From Selaginella moellendorffii (Eukaryota > Plantae > Lycopodiophyta): a stretch of DNA of 64,000 nucleotides. A program made the translations under genes and the position numbers. Position 1 is the stretch's first letter; the number at the start of each line of letters is the position of its first letter. Below, in pieces: positions 38,132 to 51,050 of this stretch. The notes beneath the pieces are model-generated. The model had not been told where the DNA came from, did no database searches, and saw only the letters and a program-made list of their open reading frames with translations. Location: contig NW_003314376.1 in the NCBI RefSeq assembly GCF_000143415.4, positions 124,001 to 188,000 of the forward strand. Direction: 5' to 3'.

Positions 38132-38878
38132 ATGGTCTCTCGCGCTCACGCCGCCCCAACGCTTGCCCGCCGAGCTCCAGCGCCCTGGCATGGCGGCCAT
38201 CACCGAGCTTCACACCCGCGAGCTCCAGCTCTAGCTCCAGCACATCCACCACACCACCATGGACACCATCCTCGAGGAGCCCACGAGCCAGTGCCAGGTT
38301 TAGCTCCAGTTCTTCAAGGTGACGCTCCAGTTCGAGCCCCAGCGCCAGCTGCTTTCGTTCACCCTGCTCGCGGCCACCCTGCTCATCTAGCTCCAGCGCC
38401 TGATGCTCGCCACCACGATCCAGCTCCAGCAGCAGCAGTGTACCATCATCATCACGGTGATGGAGCGCCTCTGGTTGTTCACCACCATCACCATGGTCAC
38501 CACCATGGAGGACGCCACAACCACCACCACCACCACCACCATCATCACGAGGGTCACGACGCAGCAGTGGCCACACCAACACCCGCAGCAGTAGTTACAG
38601 TGGTTCGGAGGACGCCGTGGTCGCTGCTCCAGCTTCTTCTGTGGGTTTTGGTTGCGATCTTGGTGCTGCTCGCGTTCTTTTTGCTCGTGCGATGGATGTT
38701 CTCTCGGAGGAAGCAGCGCAGTAATGCGATCTTTCAGGATCCCGGGTGGCAGATCGAAGTTGTGGTGGACGATTCTCTGACTGAGAAGAAACAGCTGGAA
38801 GCTCACACTCGTGGTTCGCACAGCAATGGCACTCTGGGATTCTCCTCAAAGTGTCCTGCCAACACTGGCAGTGACGCG
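38132..38878 (+). CDS. His/Ala/Pro-rich single-pass membrane protein, copy 2
   Basis: 249 open codons, nearly identical to 12491-13240; ends at a splice donor. Confidence 0.55.
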
Positions 38879-39419
38879 TAAGTCAGCACAGTGCATGCCT
38901 TGTCACATGGAAGATTGTGTACAAACAATCTTCAAGGAGATGAAGTTGCAGAGCAAGAAGACAGCAGGGTCTTGCTCACGGACGGTGAAGATCACATACA
39001 AGGGTCCACTGGTGGAAGTCACCAGACTTGGAAGTTATTGCGCAGCTGGCTCGGAACATGGACTGGAAAGTAGAGCAGGAACCTACCAAGTTTCGATTTG
39101 ACTGAGCTATCCTCTAGAGGTGACGGGGGAGCAAACGTTAGTGCACCTCCAAAGGCCAGAGAAGTTGCTTGAGACGAAAGGTTTGAGAAAAGGTAACGTA
39201 CTACTTTTGCTCTCTGTTCTTGCAGGTGCTCAAATCTCAACTTCGATGAGAAGAAGCAGAGCAGGGCATAGCGGCCAGATAGGTTTCTCCAGAGTCAAGA
39301 GCATCATAAGCCAGGAATCAAGCAAGTGCAAAATTGTGGAAGTATGGTCGAAGTCTAGGTTGTTTGACAGGATGGGACGAAGAACAGGATAGGTTGGTCT
39401 ACCTCGCAAATTAACCCAA

Positions 39420-39770
39420 TGCATTCGTCGCAAGCAGCCTCGTGGACATGTGGAAGCATCAGAAGTGTTCAGGAGGACAAAGAAACACGACGTTGGTTGC
39501 CTGGAACACGATCATCATGGGACATGCACGTCTTCTATCAGATGCAACGAGAAGCTGGCCTGCCTCCAAACGCTGAGACTTTGCATGGAGCAGCAAAACG
39601 TCGTTTCCTGGGAACAACCTTTGCTCTTGACTGCTACGAGCAAGCCGCAGCCAAACGCTCAGACTTTCATGGTGGCGCTCAAGGCACGCGGCGACTTAGC
39701 AGAGAAGAGGCTCCACTCGCAGATCTCGGAGAGAAATCTGGAGGGAATCCACTACTCAGCGTGGTCGCTC
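39420..39770 (+). pseudogene. PPR fragments
   Basis: ASSLVDM, VFYQMQREAGLPPNAETL and PNAQTFMVALKA in shifting frames. Confidence 0.65.
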
Positions 39771-41809
39771 AATGAGAGAAAAGCTTTTCTTGGGAGGTTG
39801 GTAAACTTTGCAAGGAAAGAGTGTCATGCAAGGTTGATGGAGCCGTCAATCAAAGATGGTACCTGAAAAGACGCGAATGGATCTTAGCTGGCACACCTTG
39901 GTGAAGAGATAAAAAATATGAGAGACAATACTTATCTCTTAATTAATTTGCTGTAGTATCATTCATTGAGTAATTTAGTTATAAACTTATTTGAGATTAA
40001 TATTATAGTAGAATAAAAAAAAATATACTAGAAAGTGTTTATATGGAAGTTTATAAATTATAATCAAAAAGATTAATCTAAATGAACAACAACTATTAGA
40101 TACTAAAATATCCTAGAATCTCCAAGCATAGTTTAAGTATATTCAATACCACCATAAGTTTGCTGAAGCAAACCACTTATGGATCTATAGTGTTTGGTCA
40201 CTTTAAACCTATAGAAGCTTATTCACAAACCTATTTACATTATTATATAGAACTTTTTTCACAAAACTTCTTTGATTAAACCCATATTAAACTTGGGACT
40301 TAAGTTTCTCTGAGATTTTGTTGTTGATTAGATGTTATGGTTTTCTTTTAACAATGCTTTGTACAAATATATAAATTTTATAATTATAATTCAAGTTCTT
40401 TAAATCTTTTTTAATTTCATATTAGTAGACGAGAAACAATAAACATATGAACATTACAAATACTTGGTCAAAGGAAGCAAACACAGCATACTCAAAAGCA
40501 TTATAGTTGAAAGTAAGAAAATAGCCATCAAGCAGGAATACCATCATTATGAGTATATAATTCTCAAGTATGGAAGTGATATTATAAATGGGAAGCTTTA
40601 CAACATCATAATCAACCAATTCCCGAGTTGCAATTACATATAATTCTTTAAATGTTAAAATTCTGAAATCTTTCATCCTTTGCATAGGATGGATCCAAAT
40701 GTTAAAGTTTGGATTCATCATAACGTCTGAACATGAGGTGAAAAAAAAAGATATTTGTATTGTATTTGAAACTAAATAAACTTTATTTATAAATTATTCC
40801 AAGCACTCACACACTGAAAACAATATAGGGTATTTCTTATAATTTCACTCAAAGAGAGAGTTAATTCTTCAATAGAAGAAAAACGTGCAACCATCACGAA
40901 ACTTAAATGTATTAACGACCTTGTCTAGATCAGCTGAAAGAAGGCACAAAGAAACTTGCCAAGCATCAGCAAGACAAAAGCACACAATTTATTTTGGACA
41001 ACTCTCTATCATGAAATCAAAAAAGATTTAAAGAACTTGAATCATAGTTACAAAGTTGTACATTTGTACAGGACAGAATGTAACATCTAATCTACTTGGA
41101 GAAGCTTGAGTCCCAAGTTTTCAAGTTAAGTTTAAGTGACCAAACACCATAGATATATAATTTCCTATATAAATAATCATTTGTGAAATATGATTCAGAG
41201 CATGATTGTCTCTGATATTTTTATCTTTTGACCATGGTGTGCCCCCTAAGATCCTTTCGCCTGTTTTCATCTTTGTTTGGGTTTTGTTGATGGCTCCGTC
41301 AATCTTGCATTACACTCTTTCTCCATTTTCCTCACAAAGTTTACCAACAAGCTCCCGAGATGAGCAACACCTCCTAATACCCTCTCCACAATAAGATTGT
41401 ATGTCCATTCCCGTCCCTGAAATAACATGTCATTGATGAAAAAGTCAAAGAACAAGATACTTACCATGTGTAAGGAGATAAGCTCCAGAGCCTTCACAGC
41501 TTTTCATGAAACTACCAAGCTTCAGTTTCGCCTTCACAAGAAGGTACTTGACTTACGTGATGCTTAGGCCAAGATGGTCGAGCTAGTTAGAAGTCTCTGA
41601 CTTCAAGCTGTTTTAGCTATAAGATGAAACAAAAAAGCTATGAACTAAAAACTATAGTACCTATGAACATCATGCTTTGTAAGGCACTCTCCAGGTACTT
41701 CAAATGAGTAGTGCAAGAGGAAGTGCCGGAGTAATACTGAACTTGGGGCAGAAAACTTCTTGAGAGGCAGCCACGTCTCCACACTTCCTATAGAATGTGA
41801 TGAGTGAGC

Positions 41810-42150
41810 ACGCGAGTAGTGGATTCCGTCCAGATTTCTCTTCCAGATCTGCGAGTGGAGCCTCTTCGCCTAAGTCGCCCCGTGCCTTGAGCGCCACCAC
41901 GAAAGTCTGAGCGTTTGGCTGCTGGCTTGCTCATAGCGCTCGAGAGCAAAGGTTGTTCTCGGTGTATCCCAGGAAAGGATGTTTTGCTCAGCGTTTGGAG
42001 GTAGGCCAGCTTCTCGTTGCATCTGATAGAAGACGTGCATGTCCCATGATGATCGTGTTCCAGGCATGTTTCTTCGTCCTCCCGAACACTTCTGATGCTT
42101 CCACATGTCCACGAGGCTGCTTGCAACAAATGCATCAGCTTCGTATTCAC
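41810..42150 (-). pseudogene. PPR fragments (inverted arm)
   Basis: CEYEADAFVASSLVDMWKHQKC...VFYQMQREAGLPPN. Confidence 0.65.
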
Positions 42151-43601
42151 AATTTGTGAGGCGAGAGTCTATCCTGTTCATCGTCCCATCCTGTTGAACA
42201 ACCTGTGTTGCAAGCCGCAGTGTAGACTTCGACCATACTTTCACAATTGCACTTGCTTGATTCCCCAATTGTGATGCTCTTGACTCTGGAGAAACTTATC
42301 TGGCCACTATGCCCTGTACTGCTTCTTCTCATCAAAGTTGAGATTTGAGCGCCTGCAAGAATAGAGAGCAAAAGTAGTACGTTACATTTTCTCAAACCTT
42401 TCGTCTCGAGCAACCTCTCTGGCCTTTGGAGGTGCACCAACGTCTGCTCCCTTGTCACCTCTAGAGGATAGCTCGTAAATCCTTCATCAAATCGAAACTT
42501 GGTAGGTTCTTGCTCTACCTTCCAATCCATGTTCCGAGCCAGTTGTGTCATAACTTCCAAGTCTGGCGACTTCCACCAGTCAACCCTTGTATGTGATCTC
42601 TGGGTGAGATCACCGTCAGTGAGCAAGAGCCTACTGACTTCTTGCTCTGCAACTTCATCTCCTTGAAGATTGATTCTACACAATCTTCCCTGTGACAACA
42701 CATGCACTGTGCTGACTTACGTGTCACTGCCAGTGTTGGCAGGACACTTTGCGGAGAATTCCAGTGTACCATTGCTGTGGGAACTACGAGTGTGAGCATC
42801 CAGCTGTTTCTTCTCAGTCGGAGAATAGTCCACCACAACTTCCAGATGATCCGTCACTTCGATCTGCCACCCGGGCTCCTGAAAGATCGCATTCCTGCGC
42901 TGCTTCCTTTGAGATAACATGCATCGCTCAATCACGAAATGCTCTCCACAGTATAGGTATGATATTTCAAAAAGAGAAATGGATATCTTTCCAATCCTAA
43001 TGTCCTACTTGCAGTGACACGCCACTTTGCATACTTTGAATAACGAAACTCTTTTTTTTTCTCGTTTTTCAACTTAGCACTCATTGAATGGGATCATGGA
43101 GACACAAGCCATCAGCGTGCACAAACTACTTCCTCTACAGGAAACTGGGGAAAAGAAACACGAGATAAATATCTATCCATTGCTGTTTTGATAGTCTCAC
43201 GGTGCCCAACCGAAAGCATGAGACTGATAGATGCAAAAATGCAAGTTGGATTATCTTTGTCAGGTAGATGGCATCCTTGTTGTCTTCACGCTCCTGCCTA
43301 CCAGTCTTCTTTTTCTCGGCCGGTGGAGGTCTGTTATTATGGCTGCCTCTATTGCAGACACAACATATCAAAGTAGTTTCAATAATGTCAGAGGCAAAAG
43401 CAAAAGAATTAACCCATCTGGGTACTGGAATAAAAGCCAGTTTGTCACAGACGGTAGAGCAGCAATCCAGTGACCCAACAGTGGAGGGAACGAGCACCAT
43501 CCGGTTTTACTTCTTCATCGTGGATCCCTAGCTCCTCAAGTGGTCAACCATAGTCAACACCAGTAAAATCAGTCAAAACGCTTGGAATGATTGAAAATAG
43601 T

Positions 43602-43674
43602 TGGAGATGCCGGGTATCGATCCCGGTGCCTCTCGCATGCTAAGCGAGCGCTCTACCATCTGAGCTACATCCCC
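43602..43674 (-). tRNA. trnA-AGC: tRNA-Ala(AGC), intact
   Basis: GGGGATGTAGCTCAGATGGTAGAGCGCTCGCTTAGCATGCGAGAGGCACCGGGATCGATACCCGGCATCTCCA; 73 nt, canonical cloverleaf, G3:U70, TTTT terminator. Confidence 0.96.
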
Positions 43675-44229
43675 TTAGAATAGAAACAAAAATGCAAAGC
43701 TTTCTCTTCACCAGTCTAGTACTCATCTTTGGAGATTCCGGCGTCTTTTGTCACATTTCAAGAGTTTTTTGATTGATTCTATGGAGGAAAATACTCAAGG
43801 TCATGAGATCTCATCTTGGCAACGTCTTATTAAGTGCTCCAGGTTTAAGGCCGAGGGATTTGTGGAGCATACCCCTGAGAATCAAAAGAGATGCGTGTGG
43901 AATCCACAGGATGGGTTGCTTGATGCGTACTACAGGGCACTCCTTGCAAAGCTGGCAACCATGAAGAATGTTACTAATGCTTATAATAATAATACATATA
44001 GTAATAGTACAAACAAGAGGAGGAACAAGGCTAGTGAATTATTTTGCTTTGCATTGTTATTCAAGATGGGTAGAAGCAATTGGTAAAACCAAGACAATAT
44101 AAATCAATTGGTATGATCTTTAGTACCAAATAAATACTAATATTATTTGGTATTTTAATTTGCTTATTTAGAAGTTTTTTAAAAATGAGTAACTTTACTT
44201 TTGCCTTTTTTACAAAATATCGAAAGCAC

Positions 44230-45584
44230 ATTCTTTCGAAGTTTAAGCGCGTTTGCTTTCGGTCTCTGACAGCCCCTGAACAAACGAACGGAGAAATCGG
44301 GCACGCTTGATCAATCCAAAGAAACTAATCACTAAAAGCTTACCAGGTGATGGATTTTGTTTTGAGGATGACAAAACGGCCTCTTTCCATTCCTCGTATT
44401 CTAGGCATGTTGTCCTGCCTGGATCCTGCATGCAAACCAAACTAAAGTCTTTAGAACCTGGAAGTTGCAACAAGCAGATCGACGCCTTCCTACTGACCTC
44501 GAGATTCGTGGCATCCGACAGAGCTGCAGAAGAAATGCTCGCACTGTGAGATCAGGCCTTGCAGAAAAAATATCGAGTTCTTTGCATACCTCTCTTGCAT
44601 CCTCTAGTTCTTGATTCGGATTTCTCTTTCTCAACACCGACCAAATCGAAGCAGATATCTGTCATAGACGCGGCAACCTGTAGAAAAATAAAATCTAGAA
44701 TCGGCAATACAATTGCTCGCTGGAGCTTACGTTGGAAAACTCAGGGTCCGACGTGCTAGACACCTCCATCAATTTAGCTTTGTCAACTTTAAGCTGTTGA
44801 AACATACAAAAAAAAGACAGTAAAACCGTGAAAAAAAGCATTGGAAACTGCTTGCCTTTTGCTTTCTCGCGCATAAATAAAACGCGACGCTGGTGAATAC
44901 AGGGCGATCGAAATCAGCGCTTCGACGTCGTGCTTCTGGTAAAGTGGCCAAAACTCGCTCTTTGTATCTGGAGCAAAACGTAGAGAGAGCCCGTAAAGAA
45001 ATAAACTAAAAGGAAAGAGGAAGCTCTTACGCTGCCAAGACCCTCTGGACAGCTTGTATGAGTCTCACGCATCCAAATTGCACAGCGAGCTCGCGCACAT
45101 TCAAGCTTGTCCTGAAGAAAAAAATGTTATTCCCACATTTTTTTTCCATCTCTTTTCTTCCTGGCTTTGAAGAAATACCTGATACCAAGAGCATTCTGGA
45201 CTGTGGTGAGTGATCTATTGTAAGCCTTATCAGAAAGACCACTCAGCTTGATTCCCTTTTGCCGATCAAATGGAACTTGCATCCTGTCCGAGAAGAAAAG
45301 AAAGAAATAAACTCCACCCGCAAAGAAATGCAGATCTGGATACTTACATCGAGCACGCGATCTCGAAACAGAGCACGGATCGGCAGACATCGCCCTGGAA
45401 TAACACACAAGAGCATTGGATACCCTCAAGTCACAGGCGGAAAGAAAGAAGCAAGCACACTCACAATGCCAAATGCCGCCGCATCAAATTCCATCCGGCA
45501 GAGGTGCAGCAGCTCCTCCGCCTTGCGCAGCACTTCGCGATCGGCCGCCATTCCCAGCCGCCGCTCCAGCGCCTTCATCTCCAT
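44230..45584 (-). CDS. ORC6: Origin recognition complex subunit 6, 10 exons, 3' end uncertain
   Basis: Exons 45584-45465, 45394-45348, 45283-45179, 45111-45031, 44967-44856, 44793-44731, 44677-44590, 44523-44498, 44425-44344 and from 44275 splice in frame. Product: LRKAEELLHLC..FDRQKGIKLSGLSDKAYNRS..VRELAVQFGCVRLI..ADFDRPVFTSVAFYLCARKQKLKVDK..YEEWKEAVL..KQTRLNF, matching plant ORC6. Confidence 0.92.
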
Positions 45585-45614
45585 GGCGCGCGAAGAACCT
45601 CGCGTTTGGAAATA

Positions 45615-45622
45615 GGCGGGAA
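45615..45622 (-). promoter_or_regulatory. E2F-like site upstream of ORC6
   Basis: TTCCCGCC about 30 bp upstream of the ATG, also at 8684-8691. Plant replication-licensing genes are E2F targets. Confidence 0.5.
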
Positions 45623-45918
45623 GATAACGAGTTAACCTAAACCGCAAGGGTTAGAGATAAACGAACATTAATGGTTTACTTTACGTCAACTATAGTCAAC
45701 CTTGGCGTTGTAGCCACAATTTTATTTGGAACGATGGATGGATCATACAAAACTTTTTAAGATTGTAGAAAGCTGCAGGGAATACAAGGACGACGAGAGT
45801 CCTTCATTTCTCGCAGTGAAGAACACAATCAAAAAAAGGAGATGGCCGAGTAGATCATATCTTGTTGAATGCAACGATGTCACAGCTTAGGATGTACTCC
45901 GCCACCGGGCCCTCATCA

Positions 45919-47978
45919 ATCAAAAAGTATGTCACTTAAGGCTATTAATACTGTTTCGTTTGATCTAACTTTTGGTGTTGTGGGGTGTGATAATATTGGT
46001 ATTGTGCCCATCCTTGATGTGTTGTTTGTTGGTCTCTAGCTTTTGTGGGATGTGATTATACGGTTTATCCTATTCTTAATGTTCTACCAATCTCCTATTG
46101 ACGTGGAGTGTGATCGTGATATTGATTGGTGAGCTATGGATGATGCGTGGAGTGTGATCGTGATATTGATTGGTGAGCTATGGATGATGCAGTTTAATTC
46201 TTGGAGAATGTTTGAGGATCAAGTTTGTGGAAAGACAATTAATCTGGATATTGAGTGTATCCATGAAGTTGAGAATCTTGCTTTTATTTTGTTGGTAGAG
46301 TCTTTGATTAATTCTGGTATTGAGTATTTCCCTGTTCCAAGGGTTAAGTCACTTTAGCCAGAGTTTTAGGTTGAATGCATGTCCCCACTTGTGAGTGCCA
46401 CTAAGAGCCTTTGTGTAAGCTCCTAAGTTTGGACTTCCCGAGAAGTCACCCAGCCCAGTACTATTCAAACCCAAGGACGCTTAACTCCAACTATCCCAAG
46501 ACCCTTAACCGATTGGAAAAGGGGGTGCACTCTTGTTCATGGGCCCTTTCCCTCTATATTTGAACCCCAATGGATCGCTTACAATCCACCAGGGGGAACA
46601 AACTGGACTAGCCAGATGTCAATCAACATGTGGTGTGATTCCCTTAGCCAACCAACAGAGTCGGACCCGAGACCTCTCTGATACCAAATGTAAACTCCTA
46701 CGTTTGGACTTCCTGGGAGGTCATCCAGCCCAGTACTATTCAAACCCAAGGACACTTAACTCCAACTATTTCAATACCCTTAACCGATTGGAAAAGGGGG
46801 TGCACTCTTGTTCATGGGCCCTTTCCCTCTATATTTGAACCCCAATGGATCGTCTCTCGAATCGTTCCCTTTGGTTGCTTACATTTTGCTTTACTATTAC
46901 TCATGAGGAGTTTATATATTCCCTTGAGAATGTGAATGTTATTATTGATTTTCCCATATCAAGTGTTGAGTTGTGTGTTCAAAAGGTTAAGTGGTGTGAA
47001 TCTTTTGCTTATATTGTGGCTGAAATATTTAACGAAAGGAAATCCCCTATTGACCAAGCTTTAAGCATATATTCTTTTAATTTTCCATTTTTGCATTGCC
47101 AGTTGTTGCAAATTCCTCTTCCAATGCTTTTCTATCTACTTTTTCTTCTTCCAAAATTGTTTTTCCTCAATTTTTCTCGTTTTCTCCTTTTTGCCTTGAC
47201 ACTTCAAACTTTTTTTTTCTTTAGAGGAGGGGGTAGAGGAGACGGATGGGAGTCCGGCCCCGATGATGGAGTGAGGATGAGCAAATACGATAGTGGAGCA
47301 AGGGCGAATGATATAGATTGTGGAGTAAGGACGAGCATAGCGAGTTTGAACGAAACATCCAACCCCGATGTAATAAGGCCGAATAGATACGATAGTGGAG
47401 TGAGGCTGGACATAGATGGCAGAGTGAGGACAAGCACAGTAAGTCCAAAAGGAGTTAATGTTTCAAATCTTTTTTTCTTCGAGGAGGGGATAAGGAGAAT
47501 GTGAAAGACGAATGGAGTGAGTCTAACCTCCCCAATGCAAAGTTATGGTTGTGTGGTTAGTTTGAGCATTTGGGAGTTGCATAAAGAGTTGCAACTGGTT
47601 CATCAAAGTTCTATACTAGGCTAATGATTATGCCATAGCTTTAGATTTTATTTCAGTCATGGTTATTAGCAACTTTATTGGTGGTTTTGTGGGAGTTTTA
47701 AATTCTTGTAGTAATTTATAATTGCCCAACAGAAGTTCCAGATGTTCCACTTGACTTATTATTATCACCTTTTCATCTTCCAAAAGGGAGGGTGGTGTAA
47801 AGTTTGTAAATACATATATGTATATATATGTATTACCCTAGCTAGGTAATCCACTAATTATAGTAGTATAACATATCGACTGTCCATTAAGGACTAAATC
47901 TAATCTATCCATTCTTGTATATAAGTAGGGGCCTAAATTTTAAATAATATACCTCTTCCTTTATTCTAAGTACTCACA
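45919..47978 (+). mobile_element. 5'-truncated LARD-like element, copy 3 (hosts the Cassandra)
   Basis: Matches 35040-36890 with an internal deletion near 46238; 3' LTR 47796-47978. Confidence 0.8.
46414..46883 (-). mobile_element. Cassandra TRIM with 5S rRNA-derived LTRs
   Basis: LTRs 46414-46583 and 46689-46883; 105-bp internal region; Met PBS TGGTATCAGAG ending near 46687; TSD ctttg/ttttg. Minus strand AGTTAAGCGTCCTTGGGTTTGAATAGTACTGGGCTGGGTGACTTCTCGGGAAGTCC matches the 5S A-box/IE/C-box region (46431-46486 and 46706-46761). Confidence 0.92.
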
Positions 47979-49207
47979 ATATATATTTTATATATTATAT
48001 GGCTTTTGGGATGGATCCAAATCTTAAAATTTGGATTCACTGCAATATCTTAATATGGGGGGTTTATGACATTGGAAAAGAACTAGATATTGGTATTATA
48101 TTTGAATTTGATATATATTTATAAATAAACATTTACTTATAAATTACTCATAAAATAACAAAGGACATTTTTTAAAGCTACACTCAAATGGATTTTATAG
48201 TAATAAATGTATATTCAGTAATACTAAATATAGTGAATTTATTCTGTAAATTAGGTCAGAAGGTAAAACCTCTATTAAATAGGAAATATTGCCACTCAGA
48301 TCTAAATATTATTTAAATTTAAATTTTTTAAAAATACCTGTTTAATAAAAATATTGCCACGAAAACATTAAGAAATTATTCTTTCGTGTACCAGAATATT
48401 TGAAAATATTTTTAATGACTCCTTTTGCTCTCTCTATTATCAGATCTGTATAGGACTACATTAAGTTGTACATTCTTGAGGTCAGTAGGAAGGCATTGAT
48501 TTGCTTGTTACAACTTACAAGTTCCAAAGGCATTAGTTTGGTTTTGGTACAAGATCCAGGCAGGACAACATGCTTGGAATACAAGGAATGGAGAGAGGCC
48601 ACCTTGAAACAAAATCCATCACCTAGTAAGCTTTTAATAATTGGTTTCTTTGGATTGATCAAGCATGCCCAATATCTCTATTTGTTTGTTCAGAAAAGCA
48701 AATGCACTTAAATTTTGAAAGAATGTGAAGGTGACGTTTCCAATTTTGAACTTTTGTAAGAAAAACAAGTTACTCATTTTAAAAGACTTTTAGCTATACA
48801 AATATGTAGCTAAATATGTTTACTAGCAAACCAAAATACCAATTACTATTAGTGTTTAGACAATTTGATTGGTACAGAAGACCATACCAGTTGATTTATA
48901 TTGTGTTGGTTTTACCAATTGCTTTACTCCTCTTGCATAACACTGCAAAGCAAAACACTATCCCTCTTCCTCCTCCTCTTGTGATTACTATTACTATAAT
49001 ATGTATTATTATTATAAGCATTAGTAACATTCTTCATGGTTGCCTGCAGATGCAGCTTCTTGGCTATAGGAACTTGCTGGAGATGGTGGGATTTCCAAAG
49101 CTCATCTCTCAAAAGGCTCTTGAAATGCAACAAAAGCTGCCAGAATCTCCAAGGATGAGTATTAGAATGGTGAAGAGAAAAGTTTAGCATTTTTGTTTCT
49201 TTGCTAA

Positions 49208-49242
49208 GGCGAGATAGCTCAGATGGTAGAGCGCTTGCCATC
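49208..49242 (+). pseudogene. tRNA-Ala 5' remnant
   Basis: ggcgagatagctcagatggtagagcgct, remainder deleted. Confidence 0.75.
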
Positions 49243-49542
49243 AAAATATGTTTGATTATTGGACAGTTCCAGGCGTTTTGACCGATTTTACTGGTGTTGA
49301 CCTTTGGGGAGCTATGGATGGATGTTGCACCGTGAGACTGTCAACAGAGCCATGCATAGATATTTATCTTGTGTTTCTTTTTCCCACTTTTTTGCAAACG
49401 AGTAAAAAAGTTTCGTTCACTGCAAGTCCATTAGGATTGAGCCTGGAAAGGAGTTGCCATCAAATTAAAGATGTCTTATCTTTTTGAAATATTGACCACT
49501 TCGTGATTGTGAGATTAAATCGCTGTCCACATCTAGGTTTGG

Positions 49543-50139
49543 GCTCCAGTTCTTCAAGGTGACGCTCCAGTTCGAGCCCCAGCGCCAGCTGCTTTCGTTC
49601 ACCCTGCTCGCGGCCACCCTGCTCATCTAGCTCCAGCGCCTGATGCTCGCCACCACGATCCAGCTCCAGCAGCAGCAGTGTACCATCATCATCACGGTGA
49701 TGGAGCTCCTCTGGTTGTTCACCACCATCACCATGGTCACCACCATGGTCACCACCATGGAGGACGCCACAACCACCACCACCACCACCACCACCACCAC
49801 CATCGTCGCGAGGGTCACGACGCAGCAGTGGCCACACCAACACCCGCAGCAGTAGTTACAGTGGTTCGGAGGACGCCGTGGTCGCTGCTCCAGCTTCTTC
49901 TGTGGGTTTTGGTTGCGATCTTGGTGCTGCTCGCATTCTTTTTGCTCGTGCGATGGATGTTCTCTCGGAGGAAGCAGCGCAGTAATGCGATCTTTCAGGA
50001 TCCCGGGTGGCAGATCGAAGTTGTGGTGGACGATTCTCTGACTGAGAAGAAACAGCTGGAAGCTCACACTCGTGGTTCGCACAGCAATGGCACTCTGGGA
50101 TTCTCCTCAAAGTGTCCTGCCAACACTGGCAGTGACGCG
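49543..50139 (+). pseudogene. 5'-deleted His-rich membrane protein copy 3
   Basis: A deletion at tttggGCTCcagttc removes about 340 bp including the ATG; His tract expanded. Confidence 0.6.
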
Positions 50140-50699
50140 TAAGTCAGCACAGTGCATGCCTTGTCACATGGAAGATTGTGTACAAACAATCTTCAAGGAG
50201 ATGAAGTTGCAGAGCAACAAGACAGCAGGGTCTTGCTCACGGACGGTGAAGATCACATACAAGGGTCCACTGGTGGAAGTCACCAGACTTGGAAGTTATT
50301 GCGCAGCTGGCTCGGAACATGGACTGGAAAGTAGAGCAGGAACCTACCAAGTTTCGATTTGACTGAGCTATCCTCTAGAGGTGACGGGGGAGCAGACGTT
50401 AGTGCACCTCCAAAGGCCAGAGAAGTTGCTTGAGACGAAAGGTTTGAGAAAAGGTAACGTACTACTTTTGCTCTCTGTTCTTGCAGGTGCTCAAATCTCA
50501 ACTTCGATGAGAAGAAGCAGAGCAGGGCATAGCGGCCAGATAGGTTTCTCCAGAGTCAAGAGCATCATAAGCCAGGAATCAAGCAAGTGCAAAATTGTGG
50601 AAGTATGGTCGAAGTCTACACTGCGGCTTGCAACACAGGTTGTTTGACAGGATGGGACGAAGAACAGGATAGGTTGGTCTACCTCGCAAATTAACCCAA

Positions 50700-51050
50700 T
50701 GCATTCGTCGCAAGCAGCCTCGTGGACATGTTGAAGCATCAGAAGTGTTCAGGAGGACAAAGAAACACGACGTTGGTTGCCTGGAACACGATCATCATGG
50801 GACATGCACGTCTTCTATCAGATGCAACGAGAAGCTGGCCTGCCTCCAAACGCTGAGACTTTGCATGGAGCAGCAAAACGTCGTTTCCTGGGATTTGCCA
50901 AGAACAACCTTTGCTCTTGAGTGCTATGAGCAAGCCGCAGACTTTCATGGTGGCGCTCAAGGCATGCGGTGACTTAGCAGAGAAGAGGCTCCACTCGCAG
51001 ATCTGGGAGAGAAATCTGGAGGGAATCCACTACTCAGCGTGGTCGCTCAA
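50700..51050 (+). pseudogene. PPR fragments
   Basis: As 39420-39770; TFMVALKACGDL. Confidence 0.65.

Larger units (their letters stand above)
36910..44503. repeat. Large diverged inverted repeat 2 (arms ~36910-40420 and ~41011-44503)
   Basis: Same arrangement as IR1; the most complete copy, extending into ORC6 exons 8-10. Confidence 0.88.

Noticed and set aside
46431-46486. 5S rRNA gene
   Set aside because: Only a 56-nt internal segment, duplicated within LTRs.
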